The notes under the pieces are model-generated. The model worked only from the letters and a program-made list of their open reading frames with translations, was not told the origin of the DNA and ran no database searches. This document shows, one piece after another, positions 49,789 to 61,556 of a DNA stretch of 64,000 bases. Position numbers and translations under genes: made by a program. Each line of letters starts with the position of its first letter. Position 1 is the first letter of the stretch. This DNA is from Escherichia coli (lineage in GTDB: Bacteria > Pseudomonadota > Gammaproteobacteria > Enterobacterales > Enterobacteriaceae): NCBI RefSeq assembly GCF_003334815.1, contig NZ_QOWO01000003.1. One strand, written 5' to 3'.

Positions 49789-50130
49789 TGCGATGTATCT
49801 CGCGATTTTTTTTTGTAACTTTTCCATCTTTTGCTTTTCTCTCCGAGCCGCTTTCCATATCTGCAATCGCATAAAAAACTCTGCTGGCGTTCACAAATGT
49901 GCAGGGGTAAAACGGGGGCACGCTTTGAACGGTGAGTATGAGTGAGGTCGGCTAACTTCCAGCAAGTGGCTATGAACAGCAAAATGGTGGTCGGGTTTGC
50001 TTGTTCTTACCGTTCAAGCCTTGCAACCGCTGAGAATAATGATGGTGGAATAGAGAGTTTATTTATCGCGGGCATAAAAAAACCCTTACTAACCGAAGCC
50101 CGGCGTTCAGGGTTATTGCGCTAGAAGAAC

Positions 50131-50661
50131 TTATTTATTCTTTGCGCGCTCGAAGGAAGCAACGATTTCAGCTTTAGCGGCTTCTGCGTTTTCCCAACCT
50201 TCAACTTTCACCCACTTGCCTTTTTCGAGGTCTTTGTAGTGCTCGAAGAAGTGAGCGATCTGCGCTTTCAGCAGCTCTGGCAGATCGTTAACGTCTTTAA
50301 TGTGATCGTATTCTTTGCTCAGCTTTGTGTGCGGAACAGCAATCAGTTTCGCATCTTCACCGGCTTCGTCGGTCATTTTCAGAACGCCAACCGGACGGCA
50401 ACGGATCACAGAACCCGGCTGCAGCGGGTACGGAGTCGGGACCAGTACGTCAACCGGGTCACCGTCCAGAGACAGGGTGTGGTTGATGTAACCGTAGTTG
50501 CACGGATAGAACATCGCGGTGGACATGAAGCGGTCAACGAACAGTGCGCCGCTCTCTTTGTCGATTTCGTATTTGATCGGATCTGCGTTAGCCGGGATCT
50601 CAATAACAACGTAGATGTCTTCCGGCAGATCTTTACCCGCAGGGACGTTGAGTAAGCTCAT
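50131..50661 (-). CDS. ppa: inorganic pyrophosphatase
   Basis: 176 aa. Confidence 0.95.
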   Translation of the reverse strand: MSLLNVPAGKDLPEDIYVVIEIPANADPIKYEIDKESGALFVDRFMSTAMFYPCNYGYINHTLSLDGDPVDVLVPTPYPLQPGSVIRCRPVGVLKMTDEAGEDAKLIAVPHTKLSKEYDHIKDVNDLPELLKAQIAHFFEHYKDLEKGKWVKVEGWENAEAAKAEIVASFERAKNK

Positions 50662-50970
50662 GTCTGTTTCCTTTAAAAATATGTGGCAAACAAGTGCCGA
50701 GTATTATAGCCAACTCGCGCCGAATGTCTTCGCTTGTTTTCGTCTTCATTTTCCTTTTTCGCCAATTTTAAGACGGTATACAGAGCAGGAAAATCCATAA
50801 CCGTAGCCGCATTTTTCATAGTGAGATGAAAGCGATTACAAACTTGTGATTAACGTTTTATTTACTTCTTTGAAGTGTGATGTAACGCAATCCGTTACAT
50901 AACGAATTGTCTATAGTTTTTTCGCGAACATCTTTTCACCAATAATAATTACCCCGACGAGGACAACCCT

Positions 50971-51927
50971 ATGTGGAAACGCTTACTTGTAGTCTCTGCA
51001 GTCTCGGCAGCCATGTCGTCTATGGCGTTGGCCGCTCCATTAACCGTAGGATTTTCGCAGGTCGGATCGGAATCTGGCTGGCGCGCCGCAGAAACCAATG
51101 TGGCGAAAAGTGAGGCCGAAAAACGCGGAATTACGCTGAAAATTGCCGATGGTCAGCAAAAGCAGGAAAACCAGATTAAAGCGGTACGTTCCTTCGTCGC
51201 GCAAGGGGTGGATGCGATCTTTATCGCTCCGGTGGTTGCGACTGGTTGGGAACCGGTATTAAAAGAGGCGAAAGATGCCGAAATCCCGGTCTTCTTGCTC
51301 GATCGTTCTATTGATGTGAAAGACAAATCTCTCTATATGACCACCGTCACTGCCGACAACATTCTCGAAGGCAAGTTGATTGGTGACTGGCTGGTAAAAG
51401 AAGTGAATGGCAAACCATGCAACGTGGTGGAGCTGCAGGGCACTGTTGGGGCCAGCGTCGCCATTGACCGTAAGAAAGGCTTTGCCGAAGCCATTAAGAA
51501 TGCGCCAAATATCAAAATTATCCGCTCGCAGTCAGGTGACTTCACCCGCAGTAAAGGCAAAGAAGTCATGGAGAGCTTTATCAAAGCGGAAAACAACGGC
51601 AAAAACATCTGCATGGTTTACGCCCATAACGACGACATGGTGATTGGTGCAATTCAGGCAATTAAAGAAGCGGGCCTGAAACCAGGCAAAGATATTCTGA
51701 CAGGTTCTATCGACGGCGTACCGGATATCTACAAAGCGATGATTGATGGCGAAGCGAACGCCAGTGTTGAACTGACGCCGAATATGGCAGGTCCCGCCTT
51801 CGACGCGCTGGAGAAATACAAAAAAGACGGCACCATGCCTGAAAAGCTGACGCTGACCAAATCCACCCTTTATCTGCCTGATACCGCAAAAGAAGAGTTA
51901 GAGAAGAAGAAAAATATGGGGTATTGA
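50971..51927 (+). CDS. ytfQ: periplasmic galactofuranose-binding protein (ABC transporter)
   Basis: 318 aa, signal peptide, periplasmic sugar-binding fold. Confidence 0.9.
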   Translation: MWKRLLVVSAVSAAMSSMALAAPLTVGFSQVGSESGWRAAETNVAKSEAEKRGITLKIADGQQKQENQIKAVRSFVAQGVDAIFIAPVVATGWEPVLKEAKDAEIPVFLLDRSIDVKDKSLYMTTVTADNILEGKLIGDWLVKEVNGKPCNVVELQGTVGASVAIDRKKGFAEAIKNAPNIKIIRSQSGDFTRSKGKEVMESFIKAENNGKNICMVYAHNDDMVIGAIQAIKEAGLKPGKDILTGSIDGVPDIYKAMIDGEANASVELTPNMAGPAFDALEKYKKDGTMPEKLTLTKSTLYLPDTAKEELEKKKNMGY

Positions 51928-51935
51928 GGGTTGCT

Positions 51936-52040
51936 ATGCCTGATGCCGATTCGTAGGCCGGATAAGGCGCTCGCGCCGCATCCGGCGGTGGTGCGCTGAA
52001 GCCTGATGCGACGCTTACCGCGTCTTATCATGCCTACTGG
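51936..52040. repeat. REP/BIME palindromic elements
   Basis: gcctgatgccgattcgtaggccggataaggcgctcgcgccgcatccggc ... gcctgatgcgacgcttaccgcgtcttatcatgcctac. Confidence 0.7.
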
Positions 52041-52066
52041 GAGCACGCTTTACACCGGGGGAAACC

Positions 52067-53569
52067 ATGACGACTAACCAACACCAGGAGATCCTCCGCA
52101 CCGAAGGATTAAGTAAATTTTTCCCCGGCGTCAAAGCGTTAGACAACGTTGATTTCAGCCTGCGCCGCGGCGAAATCATGGCGCTGCTCGGTGAAAACGG
52201 GGCAGGAAAATCAACGCTAATCAAAGCATTAACTGGTGTATACCACGCCGATCGCGGCACCATCTGGCTGGAAGGCCAGGCTATCTCACCGAAAAATACC
52301 GCCCATGCACAACAACTCGGTATCGGCACCGTCTATCAGGAAGTAAACCTGCTACCCAATATGTCGGTCGCTGATAATCTATTTATAGGCCGCGAACCCA
52401 AACGCTTCGGCCTTCTACGCCGCAAAGAGATGGAAAAGCGCGCCACCGAACTGATGGCATCTTACGGTTTCTCCCTCGACGTGCGCGAACCGCTCAACCG
52501 CTTTTCAGTCGCGATGCAGCAAATCGTCGCTATTTGCCGGGCTATCGATCTCTCTGCCAAAGTGCTGATCCTCGATGAACCCACCGCCAGTCTCGACACC
52601 CAGGAAGTGGAGTTACTGTTTGACCTGATGCGTCAGTTGCGCGATCGCGGCGTCAGCCTGATTTTTGTCACTCACTTTCTCGATCAGGTCTATCAGGTCA
52701 GCGATCGGATCACCGTCTTACGCAACGGCAGTTTCGTAGGCTGTCGGGAAACGTGCGAGCTACCGCAGATCGAACTGGTAAAAATGATGCTGGGGCGCGA
52801 GCTGGATACCCACGCGCTACAGCGTGCCGGGCGAACATTGTTGAGCGACAAACCCGTTGCCGCGTTCAAAAATTACGGCAAAAAAGGAACGATCGCACCG
52901 TTTGATCTCGAAGTACGCCCCGGCGAGATCGTCGGTCTGGCTGGATTGCTGGGATCAGGACGTACCGAAACCGCCGAAGTGATCTTCGGTATCAAACCTG
53001 CTGACAGCGGCACGGCGTTGATCAAAGGCAAACCGCAAAACCTGCGATCGCCACATCAGGCTTCGGTACTGGGCATTGGCTTCTGCCCGGAAGACAGGAA
53101 AACCGATGGCATCATCGCTGCCGCCTCGGTGCGGGAAAATATCATCCTCGCTCTCCAGGCCCAGCGCGGCTGGCTACGTCCCATTTCCCGCAAAGAACAG
53201 CAAGAGATTGCCGAACGCTTTATCCGCCAGCTTGGCATTCGCACACCTTCAACTGAACAACCGATTGAATTTCTCTCTGGCGGCAATCAGCAAAAAGTGT
53301 TGCTTTCACGTTGGCTACTGACCCGACCGCAATTTCTGATCCTTGATGAGCCAACTCGCGGCATTGATGTTGGTGCCCACGCCGAGATCATCCGCCTGAT
53401 TGAAACGCTATGCGCCGATGGTCTGGCGCTGCTGGTGATCTCCTCCGAACTGGAAGAACTGGTGGGCTATGCCGACCGGGTGATCATCATGCGCGATCGC
53501 AAACAGGTGGCGGAGATCCCGCTGGCAGAGCTTTCCGTTCCGGCGATCATGAACGCCATTGCGGCGTAA
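52067..53569 (+). CDS. ytfR: galactofuranose ABC transporter ATP-binding protein (duplicated ABC domains)
   Basis: 500 aa, two Walker A/signature/Walker B sets. Confidence 0.9.
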   Translation: MTTNQHQEILRTEGLSKFFPGVKALDNVDFSLRRGEIMALLGENGAGKSTLIKALTGVYHADRGTIWLEGQAISPKNTAHAQQLGIGTVYQEVNLLPNMSVADNLFIGREPKRFGLLRRKEMEKRATELMASYGFSLDVREPLNRFSVAMQQIVAICRAIDLSAKVLILDEPTASLDTQEVELLFDLMRQLRDRGVSLIFVTHFLDQVYQVSDRITVLRNGSFVGCRETCELPQIELVKMMLGRELDTHALQRAGRTLLSDKPVAAFKNYGKKGTIAPFDLEVRPGEIVGLAGLLGSGRTETAEVIFGIKPADSGTALIKGKPQNLRSPHQASVLGIGFCPEDRKTDGIIAAASVRENIILALQAQRGWLRPISRKEQQEIAERFIRQLGIRTPSTEQPIEFLSGGNQQKVLLSRWLLTRPQFLILDEPTRGIDVGAHAEIIRLIETLCADGLALLVISSELEELVGYADRVIIMRDRKQVAEIPLAELSVPAIMNAIAA

Positions 53570-53579
53570 GGAGAACAGT

Positions 53580-54605
53580 GTGATGCCTCAATCTCTCCCG
53601 GACACTACGCCGCCGAAAAGGCGCTTTCGCTGGCCAACGGGAATGCCGCAGCTGGCGGCACTGTTGCTGGTGCTGCTGGTCGATAGCCTGGTGGCCCCGC
53701 ATTTCTGGCAGGTGGTGCTCCAGGATGGGCGTTTATTCGGTAGCCCCATAGACATTCTTAACCGTGCGGCCCCCGTTGCGCTGTTGGCTATCGGAATGAC
53801 GCTGGTGATCGCAACAGGTGGGATTGATCTCTCCGTGGGGGCGGTGATGGCTATCGCCGGAGCCACAACGGCTGCGATGACGGTCGCGGGATTCAGCCTG
53901 CCGATTGTTTTGTTAAGCGCCCTGGGCACTGGCATCCTGGCGGGATTGTGGAACGGCATACTGGTAGCGATCCTCAAAATTCAGCCGTTTGTTGCCACCC
54001 TGATCCTGATGGTCGCCGGGCGCGGCGTGGCGCAACTGATCACCTCCGGACAGATCGTCACGTTTAACTCGCCGGATCTCTCATGGTTTGGCAGTGGATC
54101 GCTGTTGTTCCTGCCAACGCCGGTCATTATCGCGGTGCTGACGCTTATCCTGTTCTGGCTGTTGACCCGCAAAACGGCGCTGGGGATGTTTATCGAAGCC
54201 GTTGGTATCAACATTCGGGCGGCAAAAAATGCCGGGGTAAACACGCGGATCATCGTCATGCTTACCTACGTGTTGAGCGGGCTGTGTGCGGCGATTGCGG
54301 GCATTATCGTGGCGGCGGATATTCGCGGTGCCGATGCCAATAACGCCGGGTTATGGCTGGAGCTGGACGCCATTCTCGCGGTGGTTATTGGCGGCGGATC
54401 GCTGATGGGCGGACGTTTTAACCTACTGCTTTCGGTGGTGGGGGCGCTGATTATTCAGGGGATGAACACCGGAATTTTGCTTTCGGGCTTTCCGCCAGAG
54501 ATGAACCAGGTTGTAAAAGCGGTGGTGGTTCTTTGCGTGCTGATTGTCCAGTCGCAACGCTTTATCAGTCTGATTAAAGGAGTACGTAGCCGTGATAAAA
54601 CGTAA
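53580..54605 (+). CDS. ytfT: galactofuranose ABC transporter permease
   Basis: about 341 aa from GTG at 53580; exact start uncertain (ATG at 53583 possible). Confidence 0.85.
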   Translation: MMPQSLPDTTPPKRRFRWPTGMPQLAALLLVLLVDSLVAPHFWQVVLQDGRLFGSPIDILNRAAPVALLAIGMTLVIATGGIDLSVGAVMAIAGATTAAMTVAGFSLPIVLLSALGTGILAGLWNGILVAILKIQPFVATLILMVAGRGVAQLITSGQIVTFNSPDLSWFGSGSLLFLPTPVIIAVLTLILFWLLTRKTALGMFIEAVGINIRAAKNAGVNTRIIVMLTYVLSGLCAAIAGIIVAADIRGADANNAGLWLELDAILAVVIGGGSLMGGRFNLLLSVVGALIIQGMNTGILLSGFPPEMNQVVKAVVVLCVLIVQSQRFISLIKGVRSRDKT

Positions 54606-55587
54606 TTTGCCACTGATGATCACCATCGGCGTCTTTGTGTTGGGTTATCTTTACTGCCTGACCCAGTTTCCCGGTTTTGCTTCCACAAGAGTGATCTGCA
54701 ATATCCTGACCGATAACGCCTTTCTTGGGATCATTGCCGTTGGCATGACCTTTGTGATCCTCTCCGGTGGGATCGATCTCTCCGTCGGTTCGGTGATCGC
54801 CTTTACTGGCGTGTTTCTGGCAAAAGTGATTGGCGATTTCGGCCTCTCGCCGCTACTGGCGTTTCCGCTAGTGCTGGTGATGGGCTGTGCCTTCGGCGCA
54901 TTTATGGGGCTTTTGATCGACGCCCTGAAGATCCCGGCATTTATCATTACCCTGGCGGGGATGTTCTTTTTGCGCGGTGTCAGCTATCTCGTTTCGGAAG
55001 AGTCGATTCCGATAAACCATCCCATTTATGACACGCTCTCAAGCCTTGCGTGGAAAATCCCTGGCGGCGGTCGCTTAAGTGCGATGGGACTGCTGATGTT
55101 GGCGGTGGTGGTTATCGGTATTTTCCTCGCGCATCGTACCCGTTTTGGTAATCAGGTATACGCCATTGGCGGCAACGCAACGTCGGCGAACCTGATGGGG
55201 ATTTCCACTCGCAGCACCACTATTCGCATTTATATGCTCTCCACCGGACTGGCAACGCTGGCGGGGATTGTCTTCTCGATTTATACCCAGGCCGGATATG
55301 CGCTGGCGGGCGTAGGTGTGGAACTGGATGCTATCGCCTCAGTGGTAATTGGCGGTACGCTTCTGAGCGGTGGCGTTGGAACGGTATTAGGGACGCTTTT
55401 TGGCGTGGCGATTCAGGGGCTAATACAGACTTATATCAACTTTGATGGCACGCTGAGCTCATGGTGGACGAAAATCGCCATCGGTATTTTGTTATTTATT
55501 TTTATAGCATTACAGCGTGGATTAACGGTGCTGTGGGAGAATCGTCAGAGTTCGCCTGTGACAAGAGTCAACATTGCGCAGCGATAA
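54592..55587 (+). CDS. yjfF: galactofuranose ABC transporter permease
   Basis: 331 aa; start overlaps ytfT stop. Confidence 0.9.
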   Translation: MIKRNLPLMITIGVFVLGYLYCLTQFPGFASTRVICNILTDNAFLGIIAVGMTFVILSGGIDLSVGSVIAFTGVFLAKVIGDFGLSPLLAFPLVLVMGCAFGAFMGLLIDALKIPAFIITLAGMFFLRGVSYLVSEESIPINHPIYDTLSSLAWKIPGGGRLSAMGLLMLAVVVIGIFLAHRTRFGNQVYAIGGNATSANLMGISTRSTTIRIYMLSTGLATLAGIVFSIYTQAGYALAGVGVELDAIASVVIGGTLLSGGVGTVLGTLFGVAIQGLIQTYINFDGTLSSWWTKIAIGILLFIFIALQRGLTVLWENRQSSPVTRVNIAQR

Positions 55588-55612
55588 AAACGCCTCTCCG
55601 TGTGGAGAGGCG
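55586..55612 (-). terminator. rho-independent terminator after fbp (hairpin shared with yjfF 3' end)
   Basis: cgcctctcc-gtgt-ggagaggcg hairpin with T5 on minus strand. Confidence 0.55.
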
Positions 55613-55619
55613 CAGGAGA

Positions 55620-56618
55620 TTACGCGTCCGGGAACTCACGGATAAAGCGTTCGACATCTTCAACCATATGGTCGTTGCCGACAAAGAACGAACGGCGCTG
55701 GTGCAGAGTTTCCGGGATGATATCCAGAATACGCTCTTTGCCATCGCTCGCTTTACCGCCCGCTTGTTCCGCCAGGAATGCCATCGGGTTGCACTCATAC
55801 AGCAAACGCAGTTTGCCGTCCGGGTGGCTGGCGGTGCTTGGGTAGAGATAAATACCGCCTTTCAGCAGGTTACGGTGGAAATCCGCGACCAGTGAACCGA
55901 TATAACGTGAGGTATAAGGGCGGTTGGTGGACTTATCTTCTTCCTGGCAGAATTTAATGTACTTCTTCACCCCGTTCGGAAACTTAATGTAGTTTCCTTC
56001 GTTGATGGAGTAGGTTTTGCCTTTCTCCGGGAAGCGCATCCGTTCCTGGCACAGACAGAAAACGCCCAGCGAAGGATCGTAAGTAAAGGCGTGAACACCG
56101 CATCCGGTGGTGTAAACCAGCATGGTAGAGGAGCCGTATACCACGTAACCTGCCGCAACCTGTTTGTTACCAGGCTGGAGGAAATCTTCTTCCGTTACCG
56201 GCGTGCCAACAGGCGTAACGCGGCGGTAGATGGAGAAAATGGTACCGACAGAGACGTTAACATCGATGTTGGACGAGCCATCCAGTGGGTCCATCAGCAC
56301 CACGTATTTTGCGTGTTCACAGCCTTCAAAGACGACAATCTCATCTTCTTCTTCAGAGGCAATGCCCGCAACGATATCGCGTGCTTTCAGTGCGGCTTTC
56401 AGTTTTTCATTAGCGAACAAGTCGAGTTTCTGCTGAACCTCGCCCTGCACGTTCTCAGCACCGCTGGCACCCAGGATATCAACCAGTCCTGCTTTGTTGA
56501 TATCGCGATGGATAATCTTGGCGCCCAGTTTTATTGCCGACAGCAAAGCAGTGAGCTCACCGGTAGCATGAGAAAACTCGTGCTGCTTTTCGACAATAAA
56601 TTCACCTAACGTTTTCAT
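55620..56618 (-). CDS. fbp: fructose-1,6-bisphosphatase class I
   Basis: 332 aa from [12 protein letters not shown]...; track ORF extends about 60 codons upstream without support. Confidence 0.92.
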
Positions 56619-56793
56619 AAAACTTTCCCTGCAATGTTTATGGAGTAAAGCGACCGCAACAATCTTAACAAATAATCTCAATGTTGCGCTCAGGTGAATC
56701 GCGCCAGCAAATTGCGGATTATCCTGAAATGCGTTTCTCACTTGCCCGACATATGCGTAAAATGAGCGGCAGATTAAAAAAGGATAGTGACGT

Positions 56794-58167
56794 ATGCGCA
56801 TTCATATTTTAGGAATTTGTGGCACGTTTATGGGCGGTCTGGCGATGCTGGCGCGCCAGTTAGGCCATGAAGTAACGGGTTCGGACGCCAATGTGTATCC
56901 GCCGATGAGCACCTTACTTGAGAAGCAAGGCATTGAACTGATTCAGGGTTACGATGCCAGCCAGCTCGATCCGCAGCCGGATCTGGTGATTATTGGCAAC
57001 GCCATGACCCGTGGAAATCCGTGTGTGGAAGCGGTACTGGAAAAAAACATCCCTTATATGTCAGGTCCACAGTGGCTGCACGATTTTGTGCTGCGCGACC
57101 GCTGGGTGCTGGCCGTTGCCGGTACACATGGCAAAACCACCACCGCGGGAATGGCAACCTGGATTCTGGAACAGTGCGGTTACAAACCGGGATTTGTGAT
57201 CGGCGGTGTGCCGGGGAACTTTGAGGTTTCGGCGCGTCTGGGCGAAAGCGACTTCTTTGTTATCGAAGCGGATGAGTATGACTGCGCCTTCTTCGACAAA
57301 CGCTCTAAATTTGTCCATTACTGCCCACGTACGCTGATCCTCAACAACCTTGAGTTCGATCACGCCGATATCTTTGACGACCTGAAAGCGATCCAGAAAC
57401 AGTTCCACCATCTGGTGCGTATCGTTCCGGGGCAGGGCCGTATTATCTGGCCAGAAAACGACATCAACCTGAAACAGACCATGGCGATGGGCTGCTGGAG
57501 CGAGCAGGAGCTGGTGGGTGAGCAGGGGCACTGGCAGGCGAAAAAGCTGACCACCGATGCTTCCGAATGGGAAGTTTTGCTGGATGGCGAAAAAGTGGGC
57601 GAAGTGAAATGGTCGCTGGTAGGCGAACATAATATGCACAATGGCCTGATGGCGATTGCGGCGGCTCGCCATGTTGGTGTAGCGCCGGCAGATGCCGCTA
57701 ACGCGCTGGGTTCGTTTATTAACGCTCGTCGCCGTCTGGAGTTGCGTGGTGAAGCGAATGGCGTCACGGTATATGACGATTTTGCCCATCACCCAACGGC
57801 GATTCTGGCAACGCTTGCGGCGCTGCGTGGCAAAGTTGGCGGTACGGCGCGCATTATTGCCGTGCTGGAACCGCGCTCGAATACCATGAAAATGGGGATC
57901 TGCAAAGACGATCTGGCACCTTCATTAGGTCGTGCCGATGAAGTCTTCCTGCTGCAACCGGCGCATATTCCGTGGCAGGTGGCAGAAGTGGCAGAAGCCT
58001 GCGTTCAGCCTGCACACTGGAGTGGCGATGTGGATACGCTGGCAGATATGGTGGTGAAAACCGCTCAGCCTGGCGACCATATTCTGGTGATGAGCAACGG
58101 CGGTTTTGGTGGGATCCATCAGAAACTGCTGGATGGTCTGGCGAAGAAGGCGGAAGCCGCGCAGTAA
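56794..58167 (+). CDS. mpl: UDP-N-acetylmuramate:L-alanyl-gamma-D-glutamyl-meso-DAP ligase
   Basis: 457 aa, Mur ligase fold (GTHGKTTT). Confidence 0.92.
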
Positions 58168-58192
58168 TTCGGCCTTAGCCTGATATAGTGTG

Positions 58193-58300
58193 CGTAGGCC
58201 GGATAAGGCGTTCACGCCGCATCCGGCATTTGAGCATAGTGCCTGATGCGACGCTTGATGCGTCTTATCAGGCCTACAGGTGCACCGCATCCGGCAAACC
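58193..58300. repeat. REP/BIME palindromic elements
   Basis: gtaggccggataaggcgttcacgccgcatccggca ... gcctgatgcgacgcttgatgcgtcttatcaggcctac ... gcatccggca. Confidence 0.7.
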
Positions 58301-58322
58301 ATACTCACATCAACAACGAAAA

Positions 58323-58874
58323 TTACCCTTCATTCTCCGCCAGTTCGCGCAGATACTGGAAAATCTGGCGTGCGGATTTCGGCGGCTTATTCCCTTCTTT
58401 CTCTTTCTTCGCGTTGCGGATCAGAGTACGCAGTTGCTGACGATCGGCATCGGGCCACAGATTTAATACCTCAGCGATGGCGTCATCACCTTGATCGATC
58501 AGACGATCGCGCAGGTTTTCCAGTTTATGGAACAGCACCACCTGCTGGTTGTGACGGTTTTTCAGCTTATCCAGCGCCTGACGAATAGGCTCTACGTCGC
58601 GCTGGCGCAGCATCTTACCGATGAGCTGCAACTGGCGGCGGCGACCTTCCATCTTAATACGCTGGGCGAGCTCAATAGCCGCGCGCAGATCCGCATCTAA
58701 CGGGATCTTATCCAGCGCGTTTTTCCCCAGATCAACAATTTCCGCGCCAAGGCGTTTTAGCTCCTCGGCATCACGTTTAATTTCACTTTTACTGACCCAG
58801 ATAATTTCATCGTCTTCGTCTTCGATGTCATCACCGGGAACGTCGTCGAGCCAGTCTTCGGGCTGCTTAGTCAT
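58323..58874 (-). CDS. yjgA: ribosome-associated protein YjgA (DUF615)
   Basis: 183 aa, acidic N-terminus. Confidence 0.88.
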
Positions 58875-58968
58875 CTCAGGCTCCTTAAAAAAAAGAGGCT
58901 AATGTTACCAGTTAAGATGCGCACTGAAAAACGGTTCTCTGTTAGACTTCAGAGAAACTCTCTACATT

Positions 58969-60321
58969 ATGGCACTTGCAATGAAAGTAATCTCTCAAGT
59001 TGAAGCGCAGCGCAAGATTCTGGAAGAAGCAGTTTCCACTGCGCTGGAGTTGGCCTCAGGCAAATCGGACGGTGCGGAAGTTGCCGTCAGCAAGACCACC
59101 GGCATTAGCGTAAGCACGCGTTATGGTGAAGTGGAGAATGTTGAATTCAATAGCGATGGCGCGCTGGGGATCACTGTTTATCACCAGAACCGCAAAGGTA
59201 GCGCATCATCCACCGATTTAAGCCCGCAGGCCATTGCCCGTACTGTACAGGCGGCGCTGGATATTGCCCGTTATACCTCGCCAGATCCCTGTGCCGGCGT
59301 GGCAGACAAAGAGCTGCTGGCCTTTGACGCACCAGATCTCGACTTGTTCCACCCTGCGGAAGTTTCCCCGGATGAAGCCATTGAACTGGCGGCCCGCGCA
59401 GAACAGGCGGCATTGCAGGCGGACAAACGCATCACCAATACCGAAGGTGGCAGCTTTAACAGCCACTACGGTGTCAAAGTTTTTGGCAACAGCCACGGCA
59501 TGTTGCAGGGTTACTGCTCAACGCGTCATTCGCTCTCCAGCTGTGTAATTGCCGAAGAAAATGGCGATATGGAGCGTGATTACGCCTACACCATTGGTCG
59601 TGCGATGAGCGATCTGCAAACGCCAGAGTGGGTTGGGGCCGACTGTGCTCGCCGTACTTTATCGCGCCTGTCACCGCGTAAACTCTCCACCATGAAAGCG
59701 CCGGTCATTTTTGCCAATGAAGTGGCAACCGGGCTTTTTGGCCATCTGGTGGGGGCGATAGCGGGTGGATCGGTTTACCGTAAATCCACCTTCCTGCTGG
59801 ATTCGCTGGGTAAACAAATTCTGCCGGACTGGCTGACCATTGAAGAGCATCCGCATCTGCTGAAAGGGCTGGCATCGACGCCATTTGACAGCGAAGGTGT
59901 GCGCACCGAGCGTCGCGATATTATTAAAGATGGCATCCTGACTCAGTGGCTGCTGACCAGCTACTCGGCGCGGAAACTGGGGCTGAAAAGCACCGGACAT
60001 GCGGGCGGTATTCACAACTGGCGGATTGCCGGACAAGGGCTAAGCTTCGAACAAATGCTCAAAGAGATGGGTACCGGGCTGGTGGTGACGGAGCTGATGG
60101 GCCAGGGCGTGAGTGCCATTACCGGTGATTATTCCCGTGGTGCAGCGGGCTTCTGGGTAGAGAATGGCGAAATTCAGTATCCGGTTAGCGAAATCACCAT
60201 CGCAGGTAATTTAAAAGATATGTGGCGCAATATTGTCACCGTCGGTAACGATATTGAAACACGCAGTAATATACAGTGTGGTTCTGTGCTGTTGCCGGAG
60301 ATGAAAATCGCCGGGCAGTAA
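58969..60321 (+). CDS. pmbA: metalloprotease PmbA/TldE
   Basis: 450 aa (alternative start four codons downstream possible). Confidence 0.9.
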
Positions 60322-60500
60322 AAAACTGGCGCGACCTGCCGCGCTATAAACTAAAAAATTACACAAAATCATTCGCACTGCATCGAGACGGAAAGTGAAT
60401 GAGGGCCGGGGAGCGTACTCGCAGTACGTGACCCGGGCGAATGAGCGTAGCCGTCGATGAGGCAGTGTGAAGGATGAAGTGTAAATAAAAAAGGAAGTGA

Positions 60501-60890
<390 letters not shown>

Positions 60891-60934
60891 TTCCTCATTT
60901 CCCTGTTGCCTGCACTCAGGTAACAGGGAACTTA

Positions 60935-61399
60935 TCATCGCAAATGATGCACCACCTGATTGCTGCTGCCGCGCCAGATCAGGGAAGGGTCTTTTAAATC
61001 CTGCACAAATTTGCCGTCGACCAGTACGTTAATCAAATCAACAACCTGCATTTGCGCAGCGTTGAGATCGTCGAGTTTATAGCCTGTCCACACCCAGATG
61101 TCTTTATCCGGACACTCGGCGCGGATGCGTTTTACCAGTTTCAGAATATCCGGCACGTTTTGCGGATGCAGCGGATCGCCGCCGGAGAGGGAAATCCCCT
61201 GGCGTTTGATACGAGTGTCATTCAGATCGTTAATGATCTGGTCTTCCATTGCTTTGGTAAATGGCTGACCAGAATTTACCCGCCATGTGCTTTTGTTATA
61301 GCAACCGGGGCATTCATGAACACACCCGGAGACAAACAGGGTGCAGCGAGTGCCGGGGCCGTTGACGATGTCGACAGGATAGTACTGATGATAATTCAT
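60935..61399 (-). CDS. nrdG: anaerobic ribonucleotide reductase activating protein (radical SAM)
   Basis: 154 aa with CxxxCxxC radical SAM cluster motif. Confidence 0.92.
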   Translation of the reverse strand: MNYHQYYPVDIVNGPGTRCTLFVSGCVHECPGCYNKSTWRVNSGQPFTKAMEDQIINDLNDTRIKRQGISLSGGDPLHPQNVPDILKLVKRIRAECPDKDIWVWTGYKLDDLNAAQMQVVDLINVLVDGKFVQDLKDPSLIWRGSSNQVVHHLR

Positions 61400-61404
61400 T
61401 ATTT

Positions 61405-61540
<136 letters not shown>

Positions 61541-61556
61541 TAACGTAGAGTGAAGA

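Noticed and set aside
49734-50124. Two short ORFs (82 aa minus, 60 aa plus) in the ytfP-ppa gap
   Set aside because: No RBS, no resemblance to ChpS/ChpB or other known small proteins; overlap terminator structures. The region is reported as a finding, but these are not called as genes.
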